Assembly: GCA_946497955.1 (NCBI GenBank)
Contig: CAMMMH010000004.1
Span: forward strand, 12,314-76,313
Reading direction: 5' to 3'
Source of the DNA: an uncultured Mycoplasmatota bacterium
GTDB taxonomy: Bacteria > Bacillota_I > Bacilli_A > RF39 > UBA660
DNA length: 64,000 nt
Shown: positions 36,332 to 44,926 of the stretch, piece by piece
How positions within the stretch are numbered: position 1 is the stretch's first letter
Layout of the letters: each line of letters opens with the position of its first letter
Notes under the pieces: model-generated
What the model saw: only the letters and a program-made list of their open reading frames with translations
The model's database searches: none
Told to the model about the DNA's origin: nothing
Made by a program: the position numbers and the translations under genes

Positions 36332-37639
36332 ATGTTTGAAAGCTTAGGAGATAGATTACAAAATGCTCTACATAAGATAAAAGGGTATGGTAAAATTACT
36401 GAAGATAATATCGGCGATATGATGAAAGAAATAAGGCTAGCTTTGCTAGAAGCCGATGTTAATTATAAAGTAGTTAAAGAATTTGTTAATAATGTTAAAG
36501 AAAAAGCTTTAGGAGAAGAAGTTAGAACTAGTATTAAACCAGGAGATTTATTTGTTAAGATAGTTAAAGATGAATTAACTGAATTACTAGGAGGAGACTC
36601 TGCGCCTTTAAACCTTAATGGTAATCCTGCCATACTTATGTTAGTAGGACTACAAGGTAGTGGTAAAACTACAACTATCGGAAAACTTGCCAATTACTTA
36701 CGTAAGAAAAAAGGTAAAAAGCCTCTAATGGTCGCTTGTGATGTTTATAGACCTGCTGCCATTGACCAGTTAAAACAACTAGGAAAAGAACTTAATATTG
36801 AAGTTTATAGTGAAGGTAAAGGTAATCCTGTAGAAATAAGTAAGAATGCCATTAACTATGCTAAAGAAAATGGTTATGACTATGTCCTAATCGATACTGC
36901 AGGACGTCTTCAAATAGATGAAGCTTTAATGGATGAGTTAGAAAATATTACTGCAGCGGTGTCTCCACAAGAAACATTACTTGTAATAGATGCAATGATG
37001 GGTCAAGATGCTATTAATGTTATAACAGGCTTTAATGATAAATTAAAACTAACAGGAGTAATACTAACTAAATTAGATGGTGATACTAAAGGTGGAGTTG
37101 CTCTATCCGTAAGACATTTAACTAATGTACCTATTAAATTCATTGGTGTAAGTGAAAAACTAGATGGACTAGACTCATTTGACCCAGAACGAATGGCAGG
37201 ACGTATTCTTGGAATGGGAGATATCGTCTCTTTAGTTGAACAAGCAGAAGCTGCTATTGATGAAAAAGAAGCTGAAAAAACTGCTAAGAGAATGCAGCAA
37301 GGTAAGTTTGATTTAGAAGACTTCTTATCAACACTAAAACAAATAAAAAAACTAGGACCACTTGAAAACATCTTAAAATTAATACCAGGTGCTAAAAAGA
37401 TGGGATTAACTAATGTAAATATTCCCCCTAAACAAATGGCTCATATCGAAGCGATAATTCTTTCTATGACTAAAGAAGAAAGAAGAAATCCATCTATTAT
37501 TAAAGCATCTCGTAAAACCAGAATTGCCAAAGGTTGTGGATTATCAGTATCAGAAGTAAATAAACTATTAACCCAGTTTGAAAATATGAAAAAAATGATG
37601 AAACAAATGAAAAATGGTAACTTTAAAATGCCATTTTAG
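36332..37639 (+). CDS. ffh: signal recognition particle protein Ffh
   Basis: 'LVGLQGSGKTTTIGKLA', 'DTAGRLQID', 'TKLDGDTKGG' and the Met-rich M domain. Confidence 0.95.
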   Translation: MFESLGDRLQNALHKIKGYGKITEDNIGDMMKEIRLALLEADVNYKVVKEFVNNVKEKALGEEVRTSIKPGDLFVKIVKDELTELLGGDSAPLNLNGNPAILMLVGLQGSGKTTTIGKLANYLRKKKGKKPLMVACDVYRPAAIDQLKQLGKELNIEVYSEGKGNPVEISKNAINYAKENGYDYVLIDTAGRLQIDEALMDELENITAAVSPQETLLVIDAMMGQDAINVITGFNDKLKLTGVILTKLDGDTKGGVALSVRHLTNVPIKFIGVSEKLDGLDSFDPERMAGRILGMGDIVSLVEQAEAAIDEKEAEKTAKRMQQGKFDLEDFLSTLKQIKKLGPLENILKLIPGAKKMGLTNVNIPPKQMAHIEAIILSMTKEERRNPSIIKASRKTRIAKGCGLSVSEVNKLLTQFENMKKMMKQMKNGNFKMPF

Positions 37640-37699
37640 GCAAATAATTTATACACAAATTTCCTAAGTGAATATCTTAATACTAGAGGAGGAAAGTGT

Positions 37700-38041
37700 A
37701 TGTTATTTAATAATCAAGCTATCGATATGAATTCTACTATCGATGGTAATAATAATGTCGTTGACCAAGATATGAATATTGATATCAATATGAACAATAA
37801 TAGTATGGGAATGGGCCAAAATAATATGGAAATGATGGATAGCCAATCTCCAATCATTGAACCAGTACAAGAGCGTCAAATAAATAGAACTTTCGTTCAT
37901 CAAGTACCTCACGTATGCCCAATCCATACAAGAATAGTTAATCATCACATTTTCAAACATACTTATTGTCCTAGATATACTTGCTGTGAAGAAAATGTTT
38001 GTTGCAATATTGACCAAGGTTCATGTTGTAACTTTCGTTAA
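37700..38041 (+). CDS. cotD: CotD-family spore coat protein-like
   Basis: The C-terminal half 'IIEPVQERQINRTFVHQVPHVCPIHTRIVNHHIFKHTYCPRYTCCEENVCC' fits the His/Pro/Cys-rich CotD pattern. The N-terminal half is Asn/Met-rich. Confidence 0.6.
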   Translation: MLFNNQAIDMNSTIDGNNNVVDQDMNIDINMNNNSMGMGQNNMEMMDSQSPIIEPVQERQINRTFVHQVPHVCPIHTRIVNHHIFKHTYCPRYTCCEENVCCNIDQGSCCNFR

Positions 38042-38044
38042 AAG

Positions 38045-38067
38045 CCAAGATAACCATCTTGGTTTTT
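38045..38067 (+). terminator. rho-independent terminator
   Basis: Stem CCAAGAT / ATCTTGG, loop AACC, then TTTTT. Confidence 0.7.
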
Positions 38068-38081
38068 ACATGACTAAATTT

Positions 38082-38103
38082 AAAATTATCAATTGATAAT
38101 TTT
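38082..38103. promoter_or_regulatory. perfect 22-bp palindrome overlapping the -35 of the toxin-antitoxin promoter (candidate operator)
   Basis: AAAATTATCAA|TTGATAATTTT. TTGATA (38093-98) serves as the -35, and TATTAT (38116-21) follows after 17 nt. Confidence 0.6.
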
Positions 38104-38139
38104 AATATCTTATGTTATTATAATTACAGGTGATGAATA

Positions 38140-38460
38140 TTGGATGTTACAGCAATAATAAATTTATTACATAAGTCAGTCTCTAACAAAGATTATGATT
38201 TTGTTCCTACTGCTAAAAATAGAAACTCTAGAAGAAAATATGGACTAACTTTGTATGATATTGAAGATTTTTTAAAATCTATTACTGAGGAAGATTTAGT
38301 AAGTGGACCAGAGATAGATAGAGATATGCCTAGTGAAAAAGTATATATTTTCATGAAAGAAATAATTACAGGAGTAACTTTCTATGTTAAAATAAAAAAA
38401 GATAGTAAAGTTACTTATGATAGGATAAAAATATTATCTTGTCATGAAGCTGAGTATTAA
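38140..38460 (+). CDS. MqsR-family toxin-like protein
   Basis: TTG start after an AGGTGA SD. '...LTLYDIEDFLKSITEEDLVSGPE...KVYIFMKEIITGVTFYVKIKK...IKILSCHE' parallels the MqsR layout. It lies upstream of an MqsA-type HTH gene. Confidence 0.55.
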   Translation: MDVTAIINLLHKSVSNKDYDFVPTAKNRNSRRKYGLTLYDIEDFLKSITEEDLVSGPEIDRDMPSEKVYIFMKEIITGVTFYVKIKKDSKVTYDRIKILSCHEAEY

Positions 38461-38475
38461 TTAGGAGGGATTACC

Positions 38476-39423
38476 ATGAAAAATAATAACTTAAGAGTTA
38501 GAAAAGTCAAAGTGCAAGTTAAAGACAAAATTATTTCTTATGATGAGTATTATTTAGTAGATGAATTTGGTGAAGAAATATTTAATAGAGAGATAGAAAT
38601 AGAAAATGATAATAGATTATATAATACTTATAAAAAACAAAAAAACTTATTAACAAGCACAGAAATAAAAGAAATAAGAAAAAAATACGGATTAACACAA
38701 AAAGAATATGCTTTTATTATAGGAGTGGGCGAAATAACTATTCATCGTTTTGAAAAAGGAGCGATTCAAACAGAAGCAGTTGATTCTATAATGAGATTAT
38801 CAAATAATCCTAATAATATGTATTTTCTACTTTTGAAAAACAAAAATAACATAACCGACTCATTATATAAATCAACTTTAAATAAAGTACAAGAATTAAT
38901 GACATTAAAGAGACATGAACTTATAGATATAAATGCATTTGATAAAAAACTATTATCCTTTAAAGAAGAGAATGCAATTGATGTAGCAGAAAATATTATA
39001 AAAATATATAACGAAAAAGTTGATAAATTGGTAAAAGAATATAATATTGTTCCTGAATATATAACCAATTTAAAATTACAAAAATTATTATATTATGTTC
39101 AAGCTATTAGTTTACAAGTCTTTGAAAAACTAGCTTTTAAAGAAAAAATAATGGCATGGTCATATGGGCCGGTTGTGAATGAAGTATATCAAAAATACAA
39201 AGAAAATCATAGCAATGAAATTAAAATTGACGGAAAAGTTAAAAAAATATCAAGTGGTTTAGAAAAAGTAATTAATGAAGTTATCGATAGTTACGGAAGT
39301 ATGGAGGCAAACAAGTTAATTGATTTTACCCATGAGGAAGAACCATGGAAAAATACAGAAATAAATAAAGAAATTAAAACAGATATAATAAAAGAATACT
39401 TTAATAAAGTTTATGAAGTTTAA
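38476..39423 (+). CDS. MqsA-like HTH antitoxin fused to a Panacea (DUF4065/SocA-like) domain
   Basis: 'LLTSTEIKEIRKKYGLTQKEYAFIIGVGEITIHRFEKGAIQTEAVDSIMRLSNNP' is an MqsA-type XRE HTH, with no Zn-binding cysteines. The C-terminal 'LKLQKLLYYVQAISLQVFEKLAFKEKIMAWSYGPVVNEVYQKYK' is the DUF4065 hallmark. Confidence 0.75.
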   Translation: MKNNNLRVRKVKVQVKDKIISYDEYYLVDEFGEEIFNREIEIENDNRLYNTYKKQKNLLTSTEIKEIRKKYGLTQKEYAFIIGVGEITIHRFEKGAIQTEAVDSIMRLSNNPNNMYFLLLKNKNNITDSLYKSTLNKVQELMTLKRHELIDINAFDKKLLSFKEENAIDVAENIIKIYNEKVDKLVKEYNIVPEYITNLKLQKLLYYVQAISLQVFEKLAFKEKIMAWSYGPVVNEVYQKYKENHSNEIKIDGKVKKISSGLEKVINEVIDSYGSMEANKLIDFTHEEEPWKNTEINKEIKTDIIKEYFNKVYEV

Positions 39424-39531
39424 ATATTAATAATATATTCTTATTTACATGTTAAAAAATGTCTAATTATGTCATATCACTTGTAAAATATTCTTTATAA
39501 TTATAAGATAATAATAAGGAGTGTGATACAA

Positions 39532-39738
39532 GTGAATTATCCATCTATTGATAAATTACTTAATATTGTAAGTTCTAAGTATGAATTAGTTCATATCGCT
39601 GCAAGACGTAGTAAAGAAATGACTAAAGATGAACACTATCAACTAGCCTTAAACCAATATAAATGTGAAAAAAATATTGGTAGAGCCTTAGAAGAGATAT
39701 TAGAGGGAAAATTAAAAGTAGTTGAAAAAGAAAACTAA
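39532..39738 (+). CDS. rpoZ: DNA-directed RNA polymerase subunit omega
   Basis: 'YPSIDKLLNIVSSKYELVHIAARRSKEM' is the RpoZ pattern. The start is uncertain (GTG 39523 or GTG 39532) after an AAGGAG SD. Confidence 0.8.
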   Translation: MNYPSIDKLLNIVSSKYELVHIAARRSKEMTKDEHYQLALNQYKCEKNIGRALEEILEGKLKVVEKEN

Positions 39739-39742
39739 TAAG

Positions 39743-39778
39743 AAACACATATCACAGTTTGGTATGTGTTTTATTATT
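39743..39778 (+). terminator. rho-independent terminator
   Basis: Stem AAACACATA / TATGTGTTT, then TATTATTT. Confidence 0.7.
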
Positions 39779-39827
39779 TAAATTAACTATTTAATGTGAT
39801 AGAATGACTGTAGAGGGGGAATTAATA

Positions 39828-40892
39828 ATGCTAAATGATTTATGCTTTGAAATAATAGAAACCTGTCCTAATAATTGTTTATTTTGTTCTTCTTGTTCAT
39901 CTATCAATAAAAAAAGAATGATAGATTATAAAAAGTTTAAAGAAGTAATAGATTATTTTATTAGTATAGGCGGAATAAAAGAAATATCTATATCTGGAGG
40001 AGAACCTCTATTACATCCTGAACTATTAAGGATGATTAGATATTGTAAACTAAATAATATTAAAACAGTCTTATTCACTAGTGGTATAAAACTAAGAACT
40101 AAAATGACAGAAGAAGATAAAGAAATGTTAGAGTTCAATCTAAGAAACCAGTATAAGTCATATTTATCTGAAGGTATGTCTAAAGAAGAGTTTGATATAT
40201 TGATTGCAAAGCAAATGAAGATTTACTTATGGTATAATGAAAAAACTTTTGATTCTCTATCATCATTTGACTGTAAACTATTAAAAGAAAGTGGACTTGA
40301 TAAAATTGTTTTTGACTTTGAAGCTTGGAACAAAAATGTATATGATAAAATTATGGGAACTAAAGATTTATTTGATTTAGTAACATTATCAATGATAAAA
40401 TCAAAAAGTGCTGGACTTAATACCGATGCTCATTTCATTCCTACAAAAATTAATTACAAAGAACTCGCTGATATTATTGAAATGCTTAATGTTGCAGAGT
40501 TTGATGAGTTAAGCATTCTTAATTTTGTTCCCCAAGGAAGAGGTAAAACAAATGAAGATTTACTATCTTTAACAGAAGAAGAATTTAGAGAGTTTCTTGA
40601 AATCTATGAAAAATGTAAAAATGAATTTAAAGGAAATTTACGAGTAGGTATCCATTTACAAGAAGAAGATACTCATAAGTGCACAGCAGGTTTATCTAAA
40701 CTAGTTATTAAATATGATGGAACAGTTTTACCATGTGCAGCCTTTAAAGAATATGATTTAAAAACACTTAATAGTATGGGAATAAAAACACCTAATATCT
40801 ATACTAATTTAGAAGAAGTAGAAATACATAGTGGTACTAGAAAGAAGCCTTTATGTAAACAGTTATATCATTTTAATAAAGTAATTAAATAA
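39828..40892 (+). CDS. radical SAM protein with C-terminal Cys-containing (twitch/SPASM-like) region
   Basis: 'CPNNCLFC' (CxxxCxxC), 'SISGGEPLL' and the C-terminal 'HKCTAGLSKLVIKYDGTVLPCAAF'. Start at ATG 39828 after an AGAGGGGG SD. Confidence 0.75.
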   Translation: MLNDLCFEIIETCPNNCLFCSSCSSINKKRMIDYKKFKEVIDYFISIGGIKEISISGGEPLLHPELLRMIRYCKLNNIKTVLFTSGIKLRTKMTEEDKEMLEFNLRNQYKSYLSEGMSKEEFDILIAKQMKIYLWYNEKTFDSLSSFDCKLLKESGLDKIVFDFEAWNKNVYDKIMGTKDLFDLVTLSMIKSKSAGLNTDAHFIPTKINYKELADIIEMLNVAEFDELSILNFVPQGRGKTNEDLLSLTEEEFREFLEIYEKCKNEFKGNLRVGIHLQEEDTHKCTAGLSKLVIKYDGTVLPCAAFKEYDLKTLNSMGIKTPNIYTNLEEVEIHSGTRKKPLCKQLYHFNKVIK

Positions 40893-40902
40893 GGAGAAAA
40901 AT

Positions 40903-41652
40903 ATGAAAATAGAAAAGTTTAAGAAAAGACCTAATGGTCTATATACTATATATTTAGATAATTTTAATAGTTATGACTTCTATGAAGAGATAATATTAAA
41001 GTATGAGTTACTAATAACTAAGACTATAGAAGAAGATGAACTTAATAAGATAATTAAAGATAATAAAAACTATGAAAGTTATTATGAGGCCCTAAAGACT
41101 TTAAAAAGAACTATTAAAACTAAAGAAGAGATAAGAAAGCTCTTAACTGAAAAAAAATATAGTAAAGAAAGTATATCCTTTGCTATCAACACTTTAGAAA
41201 AACAAGGTTATATTAATGATAAGAACTATGCTAAAAGTTATGTTCATAATGCTATTATAACTACTAATAAAGGCCCTAAAAAAATAGAGCAGGAATTAAT
41301 TAAAAAAGGAATAACTTCTCTTGATTATAATGAAGCCCTAGATGAGTTTACGACCATCTTAGAAAAAGAAAAAATAGAGAAGTTAATCTCTAAGAAAATA
41401 AAATCTAATCATAATAAGAGTGCTAAAGTCTTAAAACAAAAACTAGGGCTAGATTTAATCAATAATGGTTTTCACCAAGATATAATAAAAGAAGTATTAA
41501 ACTCTACTGTTATAGAAGAAAATAATGATATTGCAAAAAAAGAATATCAAAAGTATTATAATAAATTAAGTAAAAAATACTCTGGTAAGGAACTAGAGTA
41601 TAAATTAAAACAAAAGATGTATAGCTTAGGTTTTAAGATGCCAAAAGAATAG
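40903..41652 (+). CDS. recX: recombination regulator RecX
   Basis: Repeated three-helix modules '...EEIRKLLTEKKYSKESISFAINTLEKQGYINDKNYAKSYV...GPKKIEQELIKKGI'. Confidence 0.75.
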   Translation: MKIEKFKKRPNGLYTIYLDNFNSYDFYEEIILKYELLITKTIEEDELNKIIKDNKNYESYYEALKTLKRTIKTKEEIRKLLTEKKYSKESISFAINTLEKQGYINDKNYAKSYVHNAIITTNKGPKKIEQELIKKGITSLDYNEALDEFTTILEKEKIEKLISKKIKSNHNKSAKVLKQKLGLDLINNGFHQDIIKEVLNSTVIEENNDIAKKEYQKYYNKLSKKYSGKELEYKLKQKMYSLGFKMPKE

Positions 41653-41680
41653 AGATAACTTTAATTGCTATCTCTTTTAT
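41651..41680. terminator. bidirectional terminator between convergent genes
   Basis: Stem AGAGATA / TATCTCT, with a T-run on the plus strand. Confidence 0.55.
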
Positions 41681-41683
41681 TAA

Positions 41684-42376
41684 TTAGGCTATCTTCTTAG
41701 ATTTTTGATGCCCTTTATATTTGTTTCTTGTATCTATTATATAGTTTTTACTATCTTCTATAACTTTTCTACCTATTACTAGCAAATCATCTTTTTCAAT
41801 TCCATAAGCTTTAAGCATAGTTACGAATAAAGGAGCAGACCAAGCTTCACTTTCATCCTCTTTAACAATCGCTCTTTCAAATTCATAAGGTGTATTTATA
41901 GTTCTTTGCATAGAAGAATACTTTACTAATAGACTAAGCTCTCTTATTTGTAAAATATCAAATAAATCATTAGTATTAGCTTTTCCATTTTCTTTAAGGT
42001 AATTATGCAATATAGTAGTTGCTTTTATTATATGGTCATTACCTTCAATACCATATTCATGATTTACCATTCTAACAAAAGCTTTTGCCCCTGTTATCAT
42101 TCTTGTACATTTACTCCATGCATAAAGAAGTTCTAAAGAATCATTACCTTTAATTTCGTCTTCAACTATTTTATTACGTAATTTCTTTTTTGTTTTATCA
42201 TCACATGGTTTTTGAAGCTTAATGGCTTGTTCCTCTATTCCATTTTTTATAATATCTCTCCAAATAAAGAAATCCTCTGTTGTTTTAATATATGGAAATT
42301 CTTTAAAATCTTTTTCTACTTGTTCATAAATAGGAATTAATCTTTGCTTAGTTTCTTCAGTTATATCTTTTCTCAT
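41684..42376 (-). CDS. hypothetical protein (230 aa)
   Basis: Long ORF with an SD (AAAGGGATGA). No recognisable motif. Confidence 0.5.
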   Translation of the reverse strand: MRKDITEETKQRLIPIYEQVEKDFKEFPYIKTTEDFFIWRDIIKNGIEEQAIKLQKPCDDKTKKKLRNKIVEDEIKGNDSLELLYAWSKCTRMITGAKAFVRMVNHEYGIEGNDHIIKATTILHNYLKENGKANTNDLFDILQIRELSLLVKYSSMQRTINTPYEFERAIVKEDESEAWSAPLFVTMLKAYGIEKDDLLVIGRKVIEDSKNYIIDTRNKYKGHQKSKKIA

Positions 42377-42488
42377 AATATCATCCCTTTCTTTTCTTGT
42401 GTCGCATATTATACTACAAAAACTTTATTTTGTCAAAAAAGAGAAGTAACATAAACAGTACTTCTCTTAAATATTAAATTTTTTATTT

Positions 42489-43493
42489 CTAACTAGCAGT
42501 TGAACTATTATTAACACTATCTAATAGTTGTTGCATTAAATCATCATAATCTTTCTTTAGACTATCATCATTAAACTTAATACCTGCTTCTTCTCTAATA
42601 GCAATCAAAGCATTATATCTTAAAGATGCATCTTCATTTAGTTTATCATCAGCAAGTGTTTTTATAATATCATCTTTAACTTTCTTTAGTTTAGGTTTAC
42701 TTTTCTGATCAACTTTAAGAATTATATGATAACCAAAACTAGACTTAACAGGCTCTTCTGTATATTTTCCTTTTTCAAGGTCAATTGAGGCATTTAAGAA
42801 AGCTTCATCCATATTATCATCTCTATTGAAGTAATCAATTAAGCCTCCATCACTAGCACTACCAGTATCATCAGAATACTTTTTAGCAAGTTTTGCAAAA
42901 TCTGCTCCATCATCTAATTGTTTAATTAAGTCTTCTGCTTTCTTCTTAGCTTTATCTTCAGCTTCTTGTTTTTCTTCAGTAGACATATCATCATTAGTAT
43001 CAGGTTTAATTAAGATATGTCTAACTTTAATATCACCGATAACTTCATCATCATAGTATTTTTGGATCTCATCATCAGTAACACTATTCTTTACATAGTC
43101 TTCAATTGCTAAATTCCTCTTATATTCAAGTGATAACATATCTCTTAACTCATCTTCATCTTCAACACCTAAATATTGCTTTATAGCAGCTTGAAAAGCC
43201 TCATCATCATTATTATATTGACTCTTCATCTGTTCAATCTGAGAATTAATTGTTTCTTTTTCAGTATCATCAGTTTTATACTTCTCATCAAATAATTGAT
43301 GATCTATCATATCAACTAAAACACTAATACCATATTTATCCCTTAATTCTTCATATAGAGCATCTGCTGTAATCTTTCCTTCATCAGTTTTAACTACTGT
43401 ATTGTTATCTTTAAGTTCAGCCTTATTTCCACAACCAGTAACTAAAAGACAAATTGCAAGAAGAGAAGCAGTCGCTTTAACTATTTTTTTCAT
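42489..43493 (-). CDS. prsA: foldase lipoprotein PrsA (parvulin-type PPIase)
   Basis: Lipobox 'LLVTGCGN' and parvulin core 'VRHILIK...GGLIDYF...SFGYHIILKV'. Confidence 0.85.
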   Translation of the reverse strand: MKKIVKATASLLAICLLVTGCGNKAELKDNNTVVKTDEGKITADALYEELRDKYGISVLVDMIDHQLFDEKYKTDDTEKETINSQIEQMKSQYNNDDEAFQAAIKQYLGVEDEDELRDMLSLEYKRNLAIEDYVKNSVTDDEIQKYYDDEVIGDIKVRHILIKPDTNDDMSTEEKQEAEDKAKKKAEDLIKQLDDGADFAKLAKKYSDDTGSASDGGLIDYFNRDDNMDEAFLNASIDLEKGKYTEEPVKSSFGYHIILKVDQKSKPKLKKVKDDIIKTLADDKLNEDASLRYNALIAIREEAGIKFNDDSLKKDYDDLMQQLLDSVNNSSTAS

Positions 43494-43631
43494 TTAATTT
43501 CCTCCTTATCAGTTCATTAAATATCATAGCATTAACTTAACTAACTTGCAAATAAATAAAGCAAATTTATCACACTTTTTTATTAATTACCATAAAATAA
43601 TGTGAACACTAGAAAAAAGGAGGATTAAGTT

Positions 43632-43712
43632 ATGGGTAATTGTAATTCAAGCAGTGCTATAGTTCTAGTATTATTTATCTTACTAGTTATAATTATAGGT
43701 GCCTATATCTAA
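43632..43712 (+). CDS. YjcZ-like tiny transmembrane (sporulation) protein, 26 aa (not in the ORF track)
   Basis: AAGGAGG SD. Product MGNCNSSSAIVLVLFILLVIIIGAYI; the 'ALIVVLFILLIIVG'-type core is characteristic of the tiny-TM YjcZ family. Confidence 0.6.
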   Translation: MGNCNSSSAIVLVLFILLVIIIGAYI

Positions 43713-43734
43713 GATATAATAAGGAGGTGTAAAA

Positions 43735-43863
43735 ATGTCTTGTTCAAATAATCAAACAGTAACTACAAGCTGCTGTACATCTAGACCAAGAAATAGTTTT
43801 GTAATCATAATTGTATTATACATCTTACTAGCTATTATCTTAGGTTCTTGTATGACTTATTAA
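43735..43863 (+). CDS. YjcZ-like tiny transmembrane protein paralogue, 42 aa (not in the ORF track)
   Basis: AAGGAGG SD. Product MSCSNNQTVTTSCCTSRPRNSFVIIIVLYILLAIILGSCMTY. Confidence 0.55.
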   Translation: MSCSNNQTVTTSCCTSRPRNSFVIIIVLYILLAIILGSCMTY

Positions 43864-43945
43864 TTAAGAAGCTCTTTATTAGAGTTTCTTTTTGTATTAT
43901 ATAAAGAAAATTGTTAATAATAATATAGAAAAGAGCGTGATACTT

Positions 43946-44446
43946 ATGTATTATTATTTAAATAATTTTCTTTTTTTCGCTATCCTAGGATTTATTTATG
44001 AAAATATATTACAGTTAATATTTACAGGAGATTTTACTAGTAATCCTTTTTATGGACCTTGGATGCCCATATATGGCTTTGGAGTAATTATCATGATTTT
44101 TTTAACTAGATTAATATTTAATAATTTAAAGATAAAAAGATGGCAGAAAATAATTCTTTTATTTATAAGTGTAACAGTTATATTAACAATTATAGAATTA
44201 GTAGGAGGATATTTAACAGAGTTTATTTTCCATAAAAGTTTTTGGGATTATACAGATATGAAATATAACTTTGGTAAATACATATCTTTAGAAGTAAGTC
44301 TAGTATGGGGTACAGCATGTCTCATATTTCTTTATATAGTAAAACCTCTAACAGATAAATTTATCGAAAAAATCCCTAAGTTTATTTCTATTATTCTTCT
44401 AGTTCTAATCATAATTGACTTTATCTTTAGTTTCTTCTTAAAATAG
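43946..44446 (+). CDS. polytopic membrane protein (putative 'ABC-transporter type IV'/CmpB-like family)
   Basis: 'FLFFAILGFIYENILQ...GPWMPIYGFGVIIM' matches the pattern of that family. Four to five TM helices. Confidence 0.5.
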   Translation: MYYYLNNFLFFAILGFIYENILQLIFTGDFTSNPFYGPWMPIYGFGVIIMIFLTRLIFNNLKIKRWQKIILLFISVTVILTIIELVGGYLTEFIFHKSFWDYTDMKYNFGKYISLEVSLVWGTACLIFLYIVKPLTDKFIEKIPKFISIILLVLIIIDFIFSFFLK

Positions 44447-44527
44447 AATATAATCGCAAAAATACGAAAAATAAAAAGTTTTGCGACTCTAGCCGTAAAA
44501 CTTTTAACTATGAGTAAAGTAAACTCT

Positions 44528-44926
44528 CTACTCAGTTTTTAACTTTTCATAAACATCTTTAATATCACTAACTTCGCTACTATCATAAGTACATTTAAAA
44601 CTATCACTATTATATCTTGGTATTAAATGAATATGATAGTGTTTAACATCTTGACCATAATCATTATTTTGACAAATAGTTAAACCATCAATATTAAGTT
44701 TTTCTTTTAAGATAGGATAAATCTTAGTCTTAATAGTATCAATCATATAAGTAATAACTTCATTAGGTGTACTAAATAAATTTTCATAATGTTCTTTAGG
44801 TATTACTAAAGTATGACCATCACTATTAGGATTAACATCTAAGAAAGCTAGAACTTTATCATCTTCATATACTTTATAAGATGGAATATCTCCTTTAATT
44901 ATTTTACAAAATAAACAATTATTCAT
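44528..44926 (-). CDS. HIT-family (histidine triad) nucleotide hydrolase
   Basis: 'CLFCKIIKGDIPS' and the triad 'HYHIHLIPR'. Start at ATG 44926, preceded by a GAAGGAGG SD. Confidence 0.85.
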   Translation of the reverse strand: MNNCLFCKIIKGDIPSYKVYEDDKVLAFLDVNPNSDGHTLVIPKEHYENLFSTPNEVITYMIDTIKTKIYPILKEKLNIDGLTICQNNDYGQDVKHYHIHLIPRYNSDSFKCTYDSSEVSDIKDVYEKLKTE

